A stretch of DNA of 64,000 nt from Amoeboaphelidium protococcarum X5 (lineage: Eukaryota; Fungi; Aphelidiomycota): assembly GCA_023515725.1 (NCBI GenBank), contig JALDTO010000266.1, positions 893,070 to 957,069 on the forward strand, written 5' to 3'. Below the pieces are notes generated by a model, which was not told the origin of the DNA, ran no database searches, and saw only the letters and a list, made by a program, of their open reading frames with translations. Every line of letters starts with the position of its first letter. Position 1 is the stretch's first letter. The position numbers and the translations under genes are program-made. Of this stretch, positions 48,933 to 63,845 are shown one piece after another.

Positions 48933-51900
48933 TCAATCCTGTTCAAAATTAGTCTGCTAGTCGTAGTAAGCGTAACGCTACTTGATGCTTACCAGAGCTT
49001 AAATACAGGCCAGTCTCTTGGCAGCAGCACTGGTGTTGCTATAAGCCTGACACAACTGGTCGTCATCCAAGTAAATTTTACAAATGGACTGATTTACACC
49101 ACTTTCGTTACACATAATCTTAACTCTATCCTGAGCTATACCGAGCTTGGAACATTCTTCATTAAAATCGCGCACAGGATTAGCCAACTTTGAATGGTCA
49201 GACTCGATACAATGCCGCTTGATAAATGGGACCAAGACGCTATCACCAATGATCTTCCAGACAGCGTGTAAGTTACAACCAGAATTTAAATACAATGCAC
49301 CGACGAAGCTTTCAAAAACATCTCCAAGAACTTTAGGCGCCTCAAATGGCATCATATTAGGATGGATATTCTAATTTGCTTGAACTGCAAGCCATTGAGT
49401 AAACAGGTCAATATCCGTTTGCAGTTGCTGAGTTTCATGCCTAATATATTAGTGCAATCCTAGCTGACATCCCAATCTAGCGAACGAAGTATTGTTCACT
49501 ATGACTTGACGAATATCGCTCATATCAGAAGATTAAGCCGTGGGGAACTAATCATGAATATACTTGGTCACAAGCCAATCTAAAACAGCATCACCAAGAA
49601 ACTCTAATCTCTAGTAAGACAGCACACTACTATTGTTCTTGGACAAGTGAGTGAAAGCTTCAGCAAAGATACCAACATTGATCATCTCAAAGTTCAATTG
49701 CTGCTCTAACGCACTGTACTTTCCACTAATCACTTTCTGTAATACTTATTTCTACGCAGTTACAGCAATAGAATCCAACTCATGCTACTAAATAAATCCA
49801 ATTCGAACCAAATACTTATTCACTGCATCAGCATTTCCAGCACCATCATCATCATTAAATGAAAAACAGTGAGCACCTACTAAACTCTCAAAGAAATCGG
49901 CAATCATCTTACTGCTCAACTAATTTTCAACTAGGAGGCGATCATCTCTGCCCATGGCTCTCTTCATACCGCACCATCTCCACGTCTTGAGATTTAGGGG
50001 AGATGCAATGAGATAGCCAGGCAGCTCATTTTACACTGATAGCTCATACAGTTTGGCATTGCTAACTCTATTAGCACGCAGAGTACTAAGTCCGCCTTCA
50101 TCAAGTTGAGGCTGCATTACGTACAGGATCGCAGTGACAATGTACTTCAAGTAAGAATCTCCCAAGGTCTCTAAGCGTTCATAATTGACATCCTCATTAG
50201 CATTAGGAGCAATGAAAGCAGGATATAGCTACTCAATGGATAAACTGCAATCAAACTTCTTCTTGAATTCTTAAATAATCAGCTGACTCTCAATCTTGTG
50301 CAAAACAGAAGGCACTAAAGAGAATAAAGACTGTACATCATCATAGAATTGGACAACATAGCACAACTCTGGAGGAAGATAGACAAACGCGCGACGTTCA
50401 TCTTGCCGCTACACTAACCTCTTTGGACGCGAAAGGTTCCGCAGTCCTGGAGCATAAAGTGCCTGGATAAGATTAAGATCTGGTCTTTTTAACTTAATTT
50501 TATACTTGTCCAGGTAATACTACTCGAATGTTCTGTCATTGACATTGATAAGATCTTCTTCCTATTCCACATTGTCCTGATCGTCAATCTCTCCCTCCTC
50601 CACACTATCACTTTTCACCTTGTTGACATCAGCACCAATTTACACGGCAGACTAATTTTCCAAAGAGTCAGACAACTTGGACTTTTAAGTAAAGTCACTC
50701 TTACCACATGATATATACTTGTTCATTGTATGCTGTGCAATAATGTATTAATCTCGCGTACGGTATTCAACACATTCGGATAGGGGATGATCAGATGCTT
50801 TGTAACTGCAAACCTTTTCAATCGTATCAAAATCTATAGAATATCGCTATTACTCACTATTGTCACCATATTAATATAGCGATAGAGGAGCGACATAGTA
50901 CCACTTCTTACCATGCATGGGCAAGGCTGTAGATAATCTATTAACACCATTAAACTAAGTGTCAACACTATTGATTAGCAGAGTAAATACTTTTAGATCG
51001 AATTCCAGAATTTACTAAAACTAAGTAAGCGAAAGCTGTGTCAACTCTTGGCCAGTACAGTCCACTGAGCATTTTACAACCTGACCATCTATGTAGACAC
51101 TAAAGTCACAAAGTTCCGCATCAATTTTAGCGAGAGTTAACAGTCCAAATACGCGACAACTCATACTATTTCCACCTTATTCATTTCCCATATTTTAATT
51201 GATTTTAATCACAGTGAGCCATCTGCACTCAGAAACATCATAATGTATCAGTGGGCGACCATGAACGATACCAGATAGAATTTCATTCAAACTGAGATAC
51301 TGGACAAAGTCGACTTCAACGTGTAAACTCTATGCCACAACTTTTCTATAATATTTCACCTTTTTAACGTCCATGAACACCTTCTTCTCCGACTTTATGG
51401 TGAGCTTAGCCTGCTGCTCTAGTTATTGAATCTATATGGCAGCCTAGTGGTACGCGCTTCTACGAGCAATCAAATTATTCAACCTCAATCCACCCAAGAT
51501 TTCCCTAGTAGACAATAGGGATGGCTGAGGCAACTTGAGAGCTATCTGATGTTGTAAACAATCACTGCGAGCATTATACTACAGAGGCTATATACTCTAC
51601 CTTCGATGATAATTGTCCAAACTAAGATTGGAGCAATGTTACTGCACCACCTACATTGACTATTCTAAACTAAAATCGGCAAATCCCATCAGAGAGAAGA
51701 TTTAAGAATACAACTCTGGGTCCATTTTTATCAACAAGCCATTGCGACTGTACTATAATCTCTTACTCTCCTATTGCAACAGATATTCAACTAATGGCGA
51801 CTAAATTTATGATGAATGATCATCTCCACTCTCAGTCTTAATAAAGAAGCATTACTGATTAGAAATTACATTCCAAAACTTGTTCATGTTCACACTCTCG

Positions 51901-53018
51901 TCAAATATAATCAATAGATCAACATGACTAAGAGGAGGCTCAGTGGATATAACGATATTACAATCTTGATTATTTCCATTATAGTTGCACTTGATCTAAT
52001 CCAACTTGAGACCATTAAAGAAATCACATAGCAGCTTTGCCGTTGCCTTTCTATCAACAGCAATTAACACTCTAGGTGGAACTTTACTTGTATCACTATT
52101 ATCATTCACGGTAATTACTGCAGATTCATCAGTCACACCTCTATCCTATATCAACGATTATAAGATATTGAGTAGAGAGAACACTTTATCAGAAATGAGC
52201 CTCAGGTCTAAATCATTAATCAACTGAAGTAAATTAAGTTCAGGTAAAGCAGTCTTGAACAGCATCAACTAATCCACACTACCGCCGCTATTCCCCAACT
52301 GCTAATGAGAAAACTCCACCATTTGGGGAATGGCCACTAATTTGAATACACCGTCTTCATCAACATGACTCCTCTTTAGATGAACTTTAGGCACGGACCG
52401 CTTCAAAGTGTTAATGTACTCCAGTGCCAATGCAGCCTAAAAGTATAGGCCCAACTCTTTCATATCATGAACCATCTTAATCATTTTATTCATCTTATTG
52501 ACGGCAGAGGTATCGCGTGCAGCATTATGTAAATTGACCAACAAGGACATATAATGACTATACGCGACATCCACATCACAACCAGATTTTAATTAGAATT
52601 GGGGAAACTAATGATGAGCATTATTGGGAGAGTACAGCTGAACGGAACGCGTAATTGGTTCATCAATGTACAATGTACGAGACTATTGTGACAGAGAGGA
52701 TGAAGTGAAATTTACAACAATCACTTGCTTCTATGACACATACTTTCCAGGTACATTGGCAGCAGACTCATCATCATCAATAACAATACACTTGACACTG
52801 TGGATCATGTCAGAAGGGGTTGAATTGAAAGATACCAGAGAAGTGTCAATGTAATGTACATAATCACCGGCATTTCCATAGATAACGACAGATTTTGAGT
52901 ACAGCTCACACAGAACTGCAATCAAAAATTATTTAAATTACAAACTGCACAGAACTCTATGTAGATCTTACTGCAATTTTTACACTACTTGCTACACAAA
53001 CTATTGTATGGTGTCCAT
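48933..53018 (-). CDS. Dicer-like RNase III (degenerate helicase region, dsRNA-binding fold, PAZ, 2x RNase III, dsRBD), about 1361 aa
   Basis: NYERLETLGDSYLK and SYQRLEFLGDAVLD signatures, KMIADFFESLVG and KVLGDVFESFVGA, PAZ-like TFEQYYLDKY..YLPPE, NPVRDF; start and stop in one frame (not every codon checked). Confidence 0.9.
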
Positions 53019-53112
53019 TTTTACTGTAGTTACCGAATTAATAATGATAAGAGAAAAGGAAATAAAACGCGCCCGGTTGACCAAGCGAGAGAAAATATTT
53101 CTTCGACTGAGC

Positions 53113-53146
53113 AGAGAGAGAGAGAGAGAGAAAGAGAAAGAGAGAG
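53113..53146. repeat. (GA)n microsatellite upstream of Dicer
   Basis: agagagagagagagagagaaagagaaagagag. Confidence 0.8.
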
Positions 53147-53363
53147 GCTTCAAAGCTTTTTACTGTAGATCGCGTACTGAAAGTCAGCTAAATAGCGTAA
53201 TAGTGTCCAGCATCTTGCCAAGTTTTAAATAAGAAAATAATCAGAAACAAAATTAAAACAATAGAAATTCATAAAAAATAATCGACAAAGATACTTCATT
53301 CCATGCAACTATAGTTGTATCACACAAATGCACACACAAATTAGCACAGAGGAGAGTGAATCA

Positions 53364-54745
<1,382 letters not shown>

Positions 54746-55006
54746 CTTAAATCTTGAAGTTTTAAATTGATAATAAAGTATATAATACCGGTGACGAGTA
54801 TTACTACGAGAGCGTTAACATTAAAGAAAGAGACGAGAGACAAAGCAGTTTTGTTTCGAATTGGAATCGCCGCTCAAGAAAGATTTAGCTTCTAGCGCGA
54901 CAACACACCAGGTCAGTCAGTCAGTCAATTAGAGGCAGAAATTTAGAATTCTCAAAGCAATGTTTTCATATAATTTCAAAGAATAATACTAAAATATTAA
55001 CAAAAT

Positions 55007-55675
55007 TCACATCTTGGACTACTCTGAGGATGAGGGGGATTTCTACTTTTTCTCCAAGCCCTCCTTGACCAAATTACTGATGGATTTAAACTTGTCGTGT
55101 TTCGCATCACGAACCAGCTGAAACAAGAGAGAATCCGTCGTGCTCACAGTGACGCGATTGGATCCGTTCTGCGCCGAGGATCCATCGAGTTGACTCAATC
55201 TCTTTATGGCAATCTCCTTCTCATACAGCGACGAGGCGGATATGGCATCATGAGCCAGATTCACATTGTATCCCAATTCGAAGAGATCAACGGTAGTCTG
55301 GAGTATGCAAACGTGAGCCTCAATTCCAGTCAGAATAAAATGTTGGATATTTTTCATTTTCTGCAATTCATGTACAAACTGTGGAGTGACCATGGAGAAG
55401 AGCGATTTCTACTCAAAGTTTCTCACTTGCAACGTGTCCTTGTTCTACTCCATTATCTGCTTCAACTCTCCCACTGTATTACCGAATGCCTTTGGGTATT
55501 GTTCACTTACAAACACCGGCATACTGAGTTCATTTGCAGCGTGTACTAGCCTGGATGCATTATAGATCATGCTGTCATAATTCACAATAGATGATCTGAA
55601 TCTCTCCTGAATGTCACAAATCAATACAGCAGTATTAGAATGATGAGGTAACAGCTTGGACATTTTTCTCAACAT
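55007..55675 (-). CDS. Isochorismatase-domain protein (ISOC1/2-like), 222 aa
   Basis: ICDIQERFR, SEQYPKAFGNTV, KSRFSM, GIEAHVCILQT; ends SKM TGA. Confidence 0.9.
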
Positions 55676-55987
55676 TTCACTAATTCTTTCTCTTTCTTAA
55701 TAGTGGAATTGATCAGTGAGTCAGTAATAGTTACCCGAACAGAGTCTTCTGAGACAGATCGTATAAACTGAATAACAACGACAATGTTTAACGCGAAGAA
55801 AGTTCTAACGCGGGCGGCTGTTGAATATAATGAGAAAACCCAATTCGATCAGTCCAGTTGACTGCTCTTATGAGTTATTAGAACATTAGATCTACTCAAA
55901 TCGCTCAACTTCACAGCTAATCTTTACAAACATTCCATGAAATAATATAAAAGTATAAAGTCAGCGATAATGATATATATCAAATAA

Positions 55988-56629
55988 TCAAGTTCCTTCA
56001 CGCGATGTCAAAGTGTATAGTCCAAGTATGGCCAAAAGTCCAAACTTGAGCATTGGGTAATCATTCATCCAGATGGTGAACATTCCAGCATACGGAATGT
56101 ACCCAACCACTATTCCCATCATATCTTCGCGGTGCAAGTATTCCTACTTGGCATTGTACAGTCCGCGGTCATCCACCGGGTTATTGTCTCCCTTAGTGAG
56201 GATGTATTGCTTTATACTCTTATCACCACCATTCTTGGGTGTAGCGTGTCTTAGCGATAGGAAATCAGTTAACGAACCGACAATAGCCTTCTCATCTTCA
56301 ACGGCACTTCCAGTAAAGTTTAGCTACTGATTGTGCAATTTTACTACTCTGTGCACTATCGGAATGTCTTTCCCATGTAGCTTGTACACTGTAACATCGC
56401 CCAACTTGATATCTCTGTGTCTAGGCAAGTGCAAGAATAGAATGTCTCCACGATAGAATAGCGGTTCCATCGATCCACTCAGAACAACCACAATTGGACT
56501 TTCAGTATTTAGCACGACGGATGCGCCTTTCCATGCCATGTACGCTCCACTCACAACCAGTAATAAGTTGACAAATTAAACCAAAGTCTACCGCAAGCTC
56601 TTTGTTCCCAATAATTTATTCAAATCCAT
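55988..56629 (-). CDS. SEC11: Signal peptidase complex catalytic subunit, 213 aa
   Basis: [57 protein letters not shown]. Confidence 0.95.
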
Positions 56630-56968
56630 GCCAAATGTGAAACTCGATATTCTTCAGTCTTACGGCAATGATCAACAACAATAACAAAGTGAGATGTAAA
56701 ATAGTGCAATTTTCTACTACAACAACTGGAGTGTGTGTTACAGTCCACAAGAAAGATGCAGCGCATTTAACAACAGAAGCGCGCGAAGTTCTCTCTCTCG
56801 CGAGCGCTCTCTATTTAACAGAGAAACTCTTCGCGATCGAAACAGTAACTTTGCTGAGCGCTGCTGCCAATTGATCCAGTATAATTCTAGCAGATATTCG
56901 CCTCGCGTATATATTTAGAGTCATTAGTTAAGTGTGAGATTAAATATCGATAGTTTTAATTGATTGGT

Positions 56969-57361
56969 ATGAGTGCAAGATATAATCCAGAGTTGGTTCT
57001 CTGTAGAAAATAAACTGGAATTAGTGTTGGTAGATTGTGTGCAAGATGCGAGGGAAAGTGTGTAATGTGTGATTCCTACGTACGCGCTCATACTCCTGTA
57101 CGGATATGCGATGAGTGTAATTTCATATAATAGTAGTAACGAGAGACTTCAACATCAATTGCATCTGATTAAAGTAGTAGCGGTGGGAAGTGTATCATTT
57201 GCAACGGGCGAGGAGTATCAGACGCGTATTATTGCCGAAGTTGTGTCATTTTGCAAAGAGATCGTGATGGCTGTCCCAAAGTTGTCAACATCAGCACCTC
57301 TTATAAAGATTACTTTTATGAGAAGAAGGGTTCTGGCTCTGCATTCAACTATTACAATTGA
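56969..57361 (+). CDS. PHF5A: PHF5A/Rds3-like splicing factor, 130 aa, divergent
   Basis: [58 protein letters not shown]; missing from the ORF track because of TAR codons. Confidence 0.92.
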
Positions 57362-57648
57362 TGGTGATTTCCCATGAAATTGATAGTCCTCCCGTTCCAT
57401 TATCTCGTGGATTTTCCAATCTAGCTGTACGCGATAGGATATGCTACGCTTGATTTACATTTACACTTAGCTGTAATGTTTGTCTTTACATACATAGGAA
57501 TTTTTGTTTAAAAGGCTTGAATTCATTCTTTTATTTCTCTTTAGCAACTATTTCTCTTTCTCTCACTCTTTTACTCTTTGCCGATAAACTTTCAATTGAT
57601 CCGCATTCAGCAGGTTAGTTCAGCATTGATAACTCTTGGTGTGCAATT

Positions 57649-59664
57649 ATGGACCCGGAGGATATATAACAAGTTATATAATAGCTGGCAGAAGACTAGT
57701 CTGCGGGTGAATTTATAAGCGATGATCAGCCGTAGAATTTGGACAATGATGAAGAATTTGGTAATAGCCATAACAGCAATAAAGATGATGAAATGGACTT
57801 GTACGCTGTGCTTAACGTTCCACGCGACGCGTCATTGGATTAGATCAAAGCTGCTTATAAGCGTCTATCCATGCTGTATCACCCAGATAAACATCATTAA
57901 AAGTCATCTGATGGGTAGAATAACACGGAATTATAGCAAGTGCATGTACTTGAGGACCAATTTATGCGTGTCAATACTTCTTATGAGATTCTCAGTGATT
58001 AATAGATGAGGCAAATGTATGATCTTCATGGTATGGATGGTGTTCATATGATGAGAAACTGGAAAGTGGGTCCTTAGTTGAAGACTGCATAGGAGCTATA
58101 GAACTATTATGAGTACAAGCGATTAGAGCAGAAGAAACAAGAAGTTGAGCAGCTGAATTCGACCATCGCAGGACAGGTGGAGATGACTGTTGATGCTAAA
58201 CGCGTATTCAAGTTTCTATCTGGTTCCACTGATGCGGATGATGATATGGATGGCTTTTAACCGTCTCTACCATGGTAAGGAAGTTATTCCGAATCTGCGA
58301 ATGATCTGATCCAACGACTAACACCGAAGGTTGAAAGTATAGTTTTACAGTCCAATAATGAAATTTCCATTTCAGACTCGGACACTGTAAGTGTGGGCGG
58401 TGTTCTGTTGAATAAAGGTATTCGAGGTGGTGGATATTCTCTCCTATCATGGAGGCGGTAGATGCTACACGGGAGGTTTGTGGAGAGTACTTTGCAATTA
58501 GGTTCTTAGTCTCTGCTTTCATTAGGATTTGGTGGTGTCCTAAATGTGAGTAAGTCTTTCGCATAAGTCAGTTCTAATTAGATGCAAATGCCAGTAATGT
58601 TCAATTGTGGATTGTAATTTCATCATTGGATCTTGGATTGTCCTCCTCACGTGGAAGTTACTCTTAGTCGAGCCATCAGTGTAAAAAGTGGAATCGTTGG
58701 CAGTCTTACGTACAAGTCTGGTGATTGGATTCTTGGCTAATGGGGTAGGGAGTTTTTTGGTGATAATCATCAATTACAAGATTCTATCACCGCCTCCATC
58801 GAAAGATCTGTTCCGTAACTTGGCTCCACTTGGAACTCGTACGTGACTTTGGGGATGCTTGGAATGGAAGTTGGCGGTAGGTATTCCGTAAAGATTGCCA
58901 AGTAGGCATCAATATACACGTCTGTTAAAGTATCCTCTCTGAGTTCATCGTCGCTATCTATAGGATACAGGCAAACTGTGTGGGATCGATATCACTCAGT
59001 AAGCGTAAGTCTATCGCAACAGTTGGATGGATTGTCCATGATAAAGTTGAAGTTTACGCGTTATGCTTAATCTTTTGGGTTGCCAATTATTGTGAGTGAT
59101 GAGTTTAATGTCGCAGCATTGCTCATAGCTGCTGGAGTTCCTTTAGTTGTGAGTGGCTTAGTTAGATAACTGTACATTTAGCCTGGTAGAAGGAAGCTTA
59201 AATAGTAGAAGATTATGGAATAAAAGAAGTAGATGCAAGAAAGTGTGACGTCAAAGTTTAATGATCTAAAAGTAACTGTGGAGGCTATGAAGTCCAAGTA
59301 TGAAAGTGTTGTGGAGTATGAGTGCAAGAATAGTGGTTTGATCATTGAAATGGCTCTGTACGGCTATGGTTTAGATTAACAACTTCAACTAGGTGGTGAA
59401 TAAAGTCCTAGTAGTGTCGACGAATGGTAGTATATCGATTGCACTGTGATGTTGCAACTACTCGTTCAAGACTCCAAGTTGGTATTGGATAGTGGCGGAT
59501 CAAAGTCAAAGCTTATGGGATTGTTTGATCCTTGCCCATGGTATGCTAAATCTTAACGTAAACAACTCTATATCAAGTACACGTTTAATGATTAGCTTCA
59601 TGTCGCGCTGTTTGAAGATAAAGAGTCTGTAATTTTGCCACAAAAACGTCATTTGATATTGTGA
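57649..59664 (+). CDS. DNAJC11: DnaJ homolog subfamily C member 11-like, 671 aa
   Basis: J-domain DLYAVLNV..YHPDK; C-terminal GLIIEMALYG..SKSKLMGLFDPCP..KQLYIKYTFNDQLH. Confidence 0.88.
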
Positions 59665-59900
59665 CGGAATGCGTAATATATAATAGACTGTTGATGTTCA
59701 TCATTTGATGCTTACTTTAAGGGGTGCTCTGAGTGAAAGACGTAGTGGTTTATATGGCACGGCCGCCGCCCCTATAATGTCTCCGTTCAACCTCCGCCGC
59801 AGCTTTTACTTCTATTTAATTCTCTTTGCAACTAAAAGATTTATTTATTGCTTTGTATACTGCTTTTTAGATTAGATTACTACTATTGAAGTAACAGTGT

Positions 59901-61345
59901 ATGGATTAGAGCGAATTACGTGCAAGGCTTTTGAATTTGAGGAGTCAACCCGGACTGGGCAATGATCAATGCGCTGATTGTGGTCAAAGCGGTAAGACTT
60001 TCGTCATAATGACGCGTTAATAATAGTATTAATTCATAAAATTTATATGCTTGTAGACCCAGATTGGATTAGCGTTAATATCGGTGCATTTATATGTGTC
60101 AACTGTTGCGGTACTCACAGACACTTGGGCACTCATGTCAGCAGGATTAAATCGATAAAGCTGGATGACTGGACTGATTAGTTTGTGGAAAAGGTTGAAC
60201 TGGCCGGTGGTAATTCGGCGGTGAATGATGAGTTTCTATGCAATCTTCCGCCGTACTGGAAGAGACCATAGGTGGGTGTGAATGATCCTGCGTATGTGCG
60301 CGAAGAGTTTATTATCAACAAGTACAAGCGACGATTATTCCATACGTCTAGTCCGCGTCCAGAGATGGTGCCTGTTAAGGGCGGCTTCTTGTGGAAAAAG
60401 TCAAGCAAAGATCAAGATTCTAATAGTAAATGGACTCAAAAGTTTTTTATGCTTAGTGGATCGCGCCTGGTGTGTTATAAATCACCGGATAATATTTAGA
60501 AGCCCATAGGAGAGTTCAGTCTGTATGACGCGAAGATTTACCTCGCTGATAAATTATGCGGACGAAAATTTTCAATCCACCTAGTGGCTGGTATCAATAC
60601 TTAAGAATTGTAGTAGAGTGGTTCGGACAATATTCCTGCAGAGAGTTGGTTTTTATCAGCAGATAGTGGGCAACTTGTACTGGAATGGCTCAATTTATTT
60701 CGACTGGCCAGATTTAAAGATTTTGCTGCTTTAAGCACACCTTTATATTAGCAAATTTGTTTTGATTATTAGCATTAAGGTCCATTGATTAAACTGAATG
60801 CTCTAATATCCATGTCTGAGGATAACACTGGTAATAATAGTCACGCTTCATCCACTGATAAATGGTACAATTACAAGTCTTCGAAAAAAGTAAAGTGGGA
60901 GTCTTATTATGCATCTTTAGATAAGAATCATATTTTATTTAAAAAGACATACCTCAGTCATTATTCTTAAGCAATAATAGAGTTTAGCTCTGATTGTCGA
61001 CTAGAAGCGGTGCCATTAGATCGATGGATTGTTGACACTTAGGAGTCCGTAGATTCGAGTAACTCTGAAGGTTCTGATCTATAATAGCTATCCCCATATG
61101 GTGTCAGCTAGGACTTGCTGTAATAACTTAGGAAACAGAAATAGTAAGCTAATAGTTTTGTGCTGAATATAAGTGGGAATTCAATAACTTTTGCAGATTA
61201 TGGATTGAGTAAGCCTTCAAAGTAAATATTTACTCAGTTGACCTTAATTTTGGCGTGTGAATCCTCATCTGATCAAAGTGGCTGGATGCAGGCAATCAAT
61301 TAGTTAAAGCCATTGGAAAAGGAAGATATTGAGCTGGACCGATGA
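59901..61345 (+). CDS. ArfGAP with PH domains (ADAP/centaurin-alpha-like)
   Basis: NDQCADCG | intron 59992-60056 | [38 protein letters not shown]; PH motif [14 protein letters not shown]; second PH-like region ending WMQAI. Confidence 0.88.
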
Positions 61346-61412
61346 TATTAAAGTTGATTTGTGTTTTAATAGTATAGTATAGTTATATACATCTAATATG
61401 TAAGTATTTCAT

Positions 61413-62339
61413 TCAGTAAAATGCTATAGCGCGTTCTTTCTATCCAAAGTCTATCCAAATCTGAGCTGTTCTAAACAGATGTCGGAACATGTCTAGAATC
61501 TACTCGGTTTAATGCGCACCTCCTATTTCAAGTACTAATTTAGGAATTTGCCTGATATAAATGTCATTGAGGGGATTATCTAATTCAGCTTTAGAGACTG
61601 TAAACTATCCTAATGAGCGAGTTGAACAAGATTCTGACCCTGATTATTTCATCAATTCCAGTAAACGACGATAATAAGACAATCCATCCTGATTGCTCAC
61701 ATTACCAGTAATAGCGCGTCTATCTTCCCATAATTTAACACTAGACTAAACACCACCATCACATACATCCGAGTAGTTGAAATCATTGTCTGATATGTAA
61801 GGCGGATTACAGACTATCAAATCAAATTTTCTACTGATATCATCGAGCTTTGACGTGAAGATATCTTGGACACAGTACCGCACCCGCTTATCGAGACAAA
61901 GTTTGCGCGCATTCAAATTAGCAACTTGGACAGCACGGCGCGACACATCAACTCCTTTTACGTGCACTTGAGGTATGTAGTTAGCCAGGTGGAGCGATAT
62001 ACATCCGCTTCCACTGCAGACGTCCAAAACATTCAGCTTCGATTTTTTGTCGTAAAGCTTAAGATCCAGTTAGATGATGTTTCTAAGTACTAATGACCAT
62101 TACTCCGTCTCTGGACGTGGAATGAGAACATCAGATCGTATAACCAGATCCTATGGCAATTCACCAAACGGCTGTGACTTGAGTATATATGCAAGCGGTT
62201 TATCCTTGACAAAGTGCTGATATTCCGCGAATTTTACGCGCTATGCCACAGTCATAATACTAGAACCACTATGGTATCGATCATGATTAAAGTGCTCTCT
62301 GATCCACCGTTTAACTGCTGAGGACTTTTATAAGGACAT
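61413..62339 (-). CDS. HemK/PrmC-family release-factor glutamine methyltransferase (Mtq1-like), 308 aa
   Basis: PLAYILKSQPFG, VLIPRPETE, LDVCSGSGCI, CNPPYI, WEDRRAI. Confidence 0.9.
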
Positions 62340-62506
62340 GAATCTCAACAGTAGGTAGGTACAGGAGGTGGGTGTCTGATCGTGAAGCAACACTCTGCGC
62401 AAAGAAATATACCACCAAAAATAAAAATTAATAATAATCAAGACTAAATATTAAGATTGTAATACTTTTATTCACGTAGATATGATGACATCTGTTCAGT
62501 CAGTGA

Positions 62507-62854
62507 TCATTCTTCCAGAACCTGAGTCTACAATCCCTTGAAAGATGTGACAGGGACAAAGCTGCAGACAACGTACAACTTCTCTTTAGGATTCTCCTCC
62601 TCACTTCTCTTTCTGGACATCTGGACGCGTAGTCTGTTAGGCAAGTTCTTGATACCATTTGACCAGACAGCCTGATTTAAAGATGTGTCAATACGTACAT
62701 CAGTAGTGCCCATCACTTTGGTGGCAAACTATTTAATCTTCTTGATTGCAGTAGGTGCACGCTTCTTAAACTACTTTCCATAGGTCAGTTTGTGCAGATT
62801 GACTGTGTAAATACGCGATACAACGTCCTAAGCAGCGGATCTCTCAGTAGCCAT
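62507..62854 (-). CDS. RPL31: 60S ribosomal protein L31 (eL31), 115 aa
   Basis: [56 protein letters not shown]. Confidence 0.97.
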
Positions 62855-63122
62855 TTTCTATCTATGTTTATACAAACTAATGCAAGTTTTTAGGCTAAAG
62901 TCCTCAAAAGCGATTAAATTAGAGCAATGACGGACGTTCAGATTTGAAGGAAAGGTTAAAATTTTGAACGCGCATCTAAGGTCGGTTAGTTGAAGAGCCG
63001 CCCGCGGATTGACTCTCTCGCGTTACGTTTGAGATGAGAAGCAAGAAAGAAAGAAAGAAAAGCGGTGAAAATCTGTCAAATTCTGATTGTATTACAGAAG
63101 GACAGTTACAAGGATAGGAATA

Positions 63123-63743
63123 ATGGCACCTAATATATTCATAACTGGAAGTGTTGGCACAGGAAAGTCTAGGCTATCTAAAAAGCTGTAAAGTCTATGT
63201 TAATCACAACTGGGCATAGATTATGAAATCCTGAATCTATCACAAATTGCGATCGAAAAATAATTCTATGAAGAATTCGATGAGCAGTTAGACACATATG
63301 TAGTTGATGAAGACGCGTTATATGAGTATCTATGTGAGTATATGCAGCAAGAGGACAAAAGTTTTATTGTAGACTACCACTCTGCCTCCTCTATTCCTGA
63401 GAGTATGATTGATCTTATCGTGATTCTCCATTGCAACACTGAAACCCAATTTGATCGGTTACTTGCGAGGAAGTATAGCGAGGTGAAAATTCGATCTAAT
63501 GTGGAAGCAGAGATAATGCAAGTTGTCAAAGAGGAAGTTTATGAATATTTTGGGCCTAAAGCTTGTTATGGAGAGCGTGATGATGATGATGATAATGGTA
63601 GCGATATTAGCGGTTGCACTTCATCGTCAGACGCTTCAGAATCGAATAACTGTATAATTGTCGAATTAGATAATAACAATTAGGACGATCTCTCTAACAA
63701 TCTTGATCGTATTATATCATGGATTGACTAAAATGTGAATTGA
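63123..63743 (+). CDS. AK6: Adenylate kinase 6 / Fap7-like, 206 aa
   Basis: PNIFITGSVGTGKS, VDED, IVDYH, LLARKYSEVKIRSNVEAEIMQV. Confidence 0.9.
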
Positions 63744-63792
63744 TGAAATTTGTAAATAGATTCTTTAATTGTTAAAGTCCCGATACTGATCT

Positions 63793-63830
63793 TTTCTCTC
63801 TCTCTTTCTCTCTCTCTTTCTCTTTCTCTT
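63793..63830. repeat. (CT)n-rich tract upstream of the last gene
   Basis: ttttctctctctctttctctctctctttctctttctctt. Confidence 0.75.
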
Positions 63831-63845
63831 GCATTATAATTCAAA

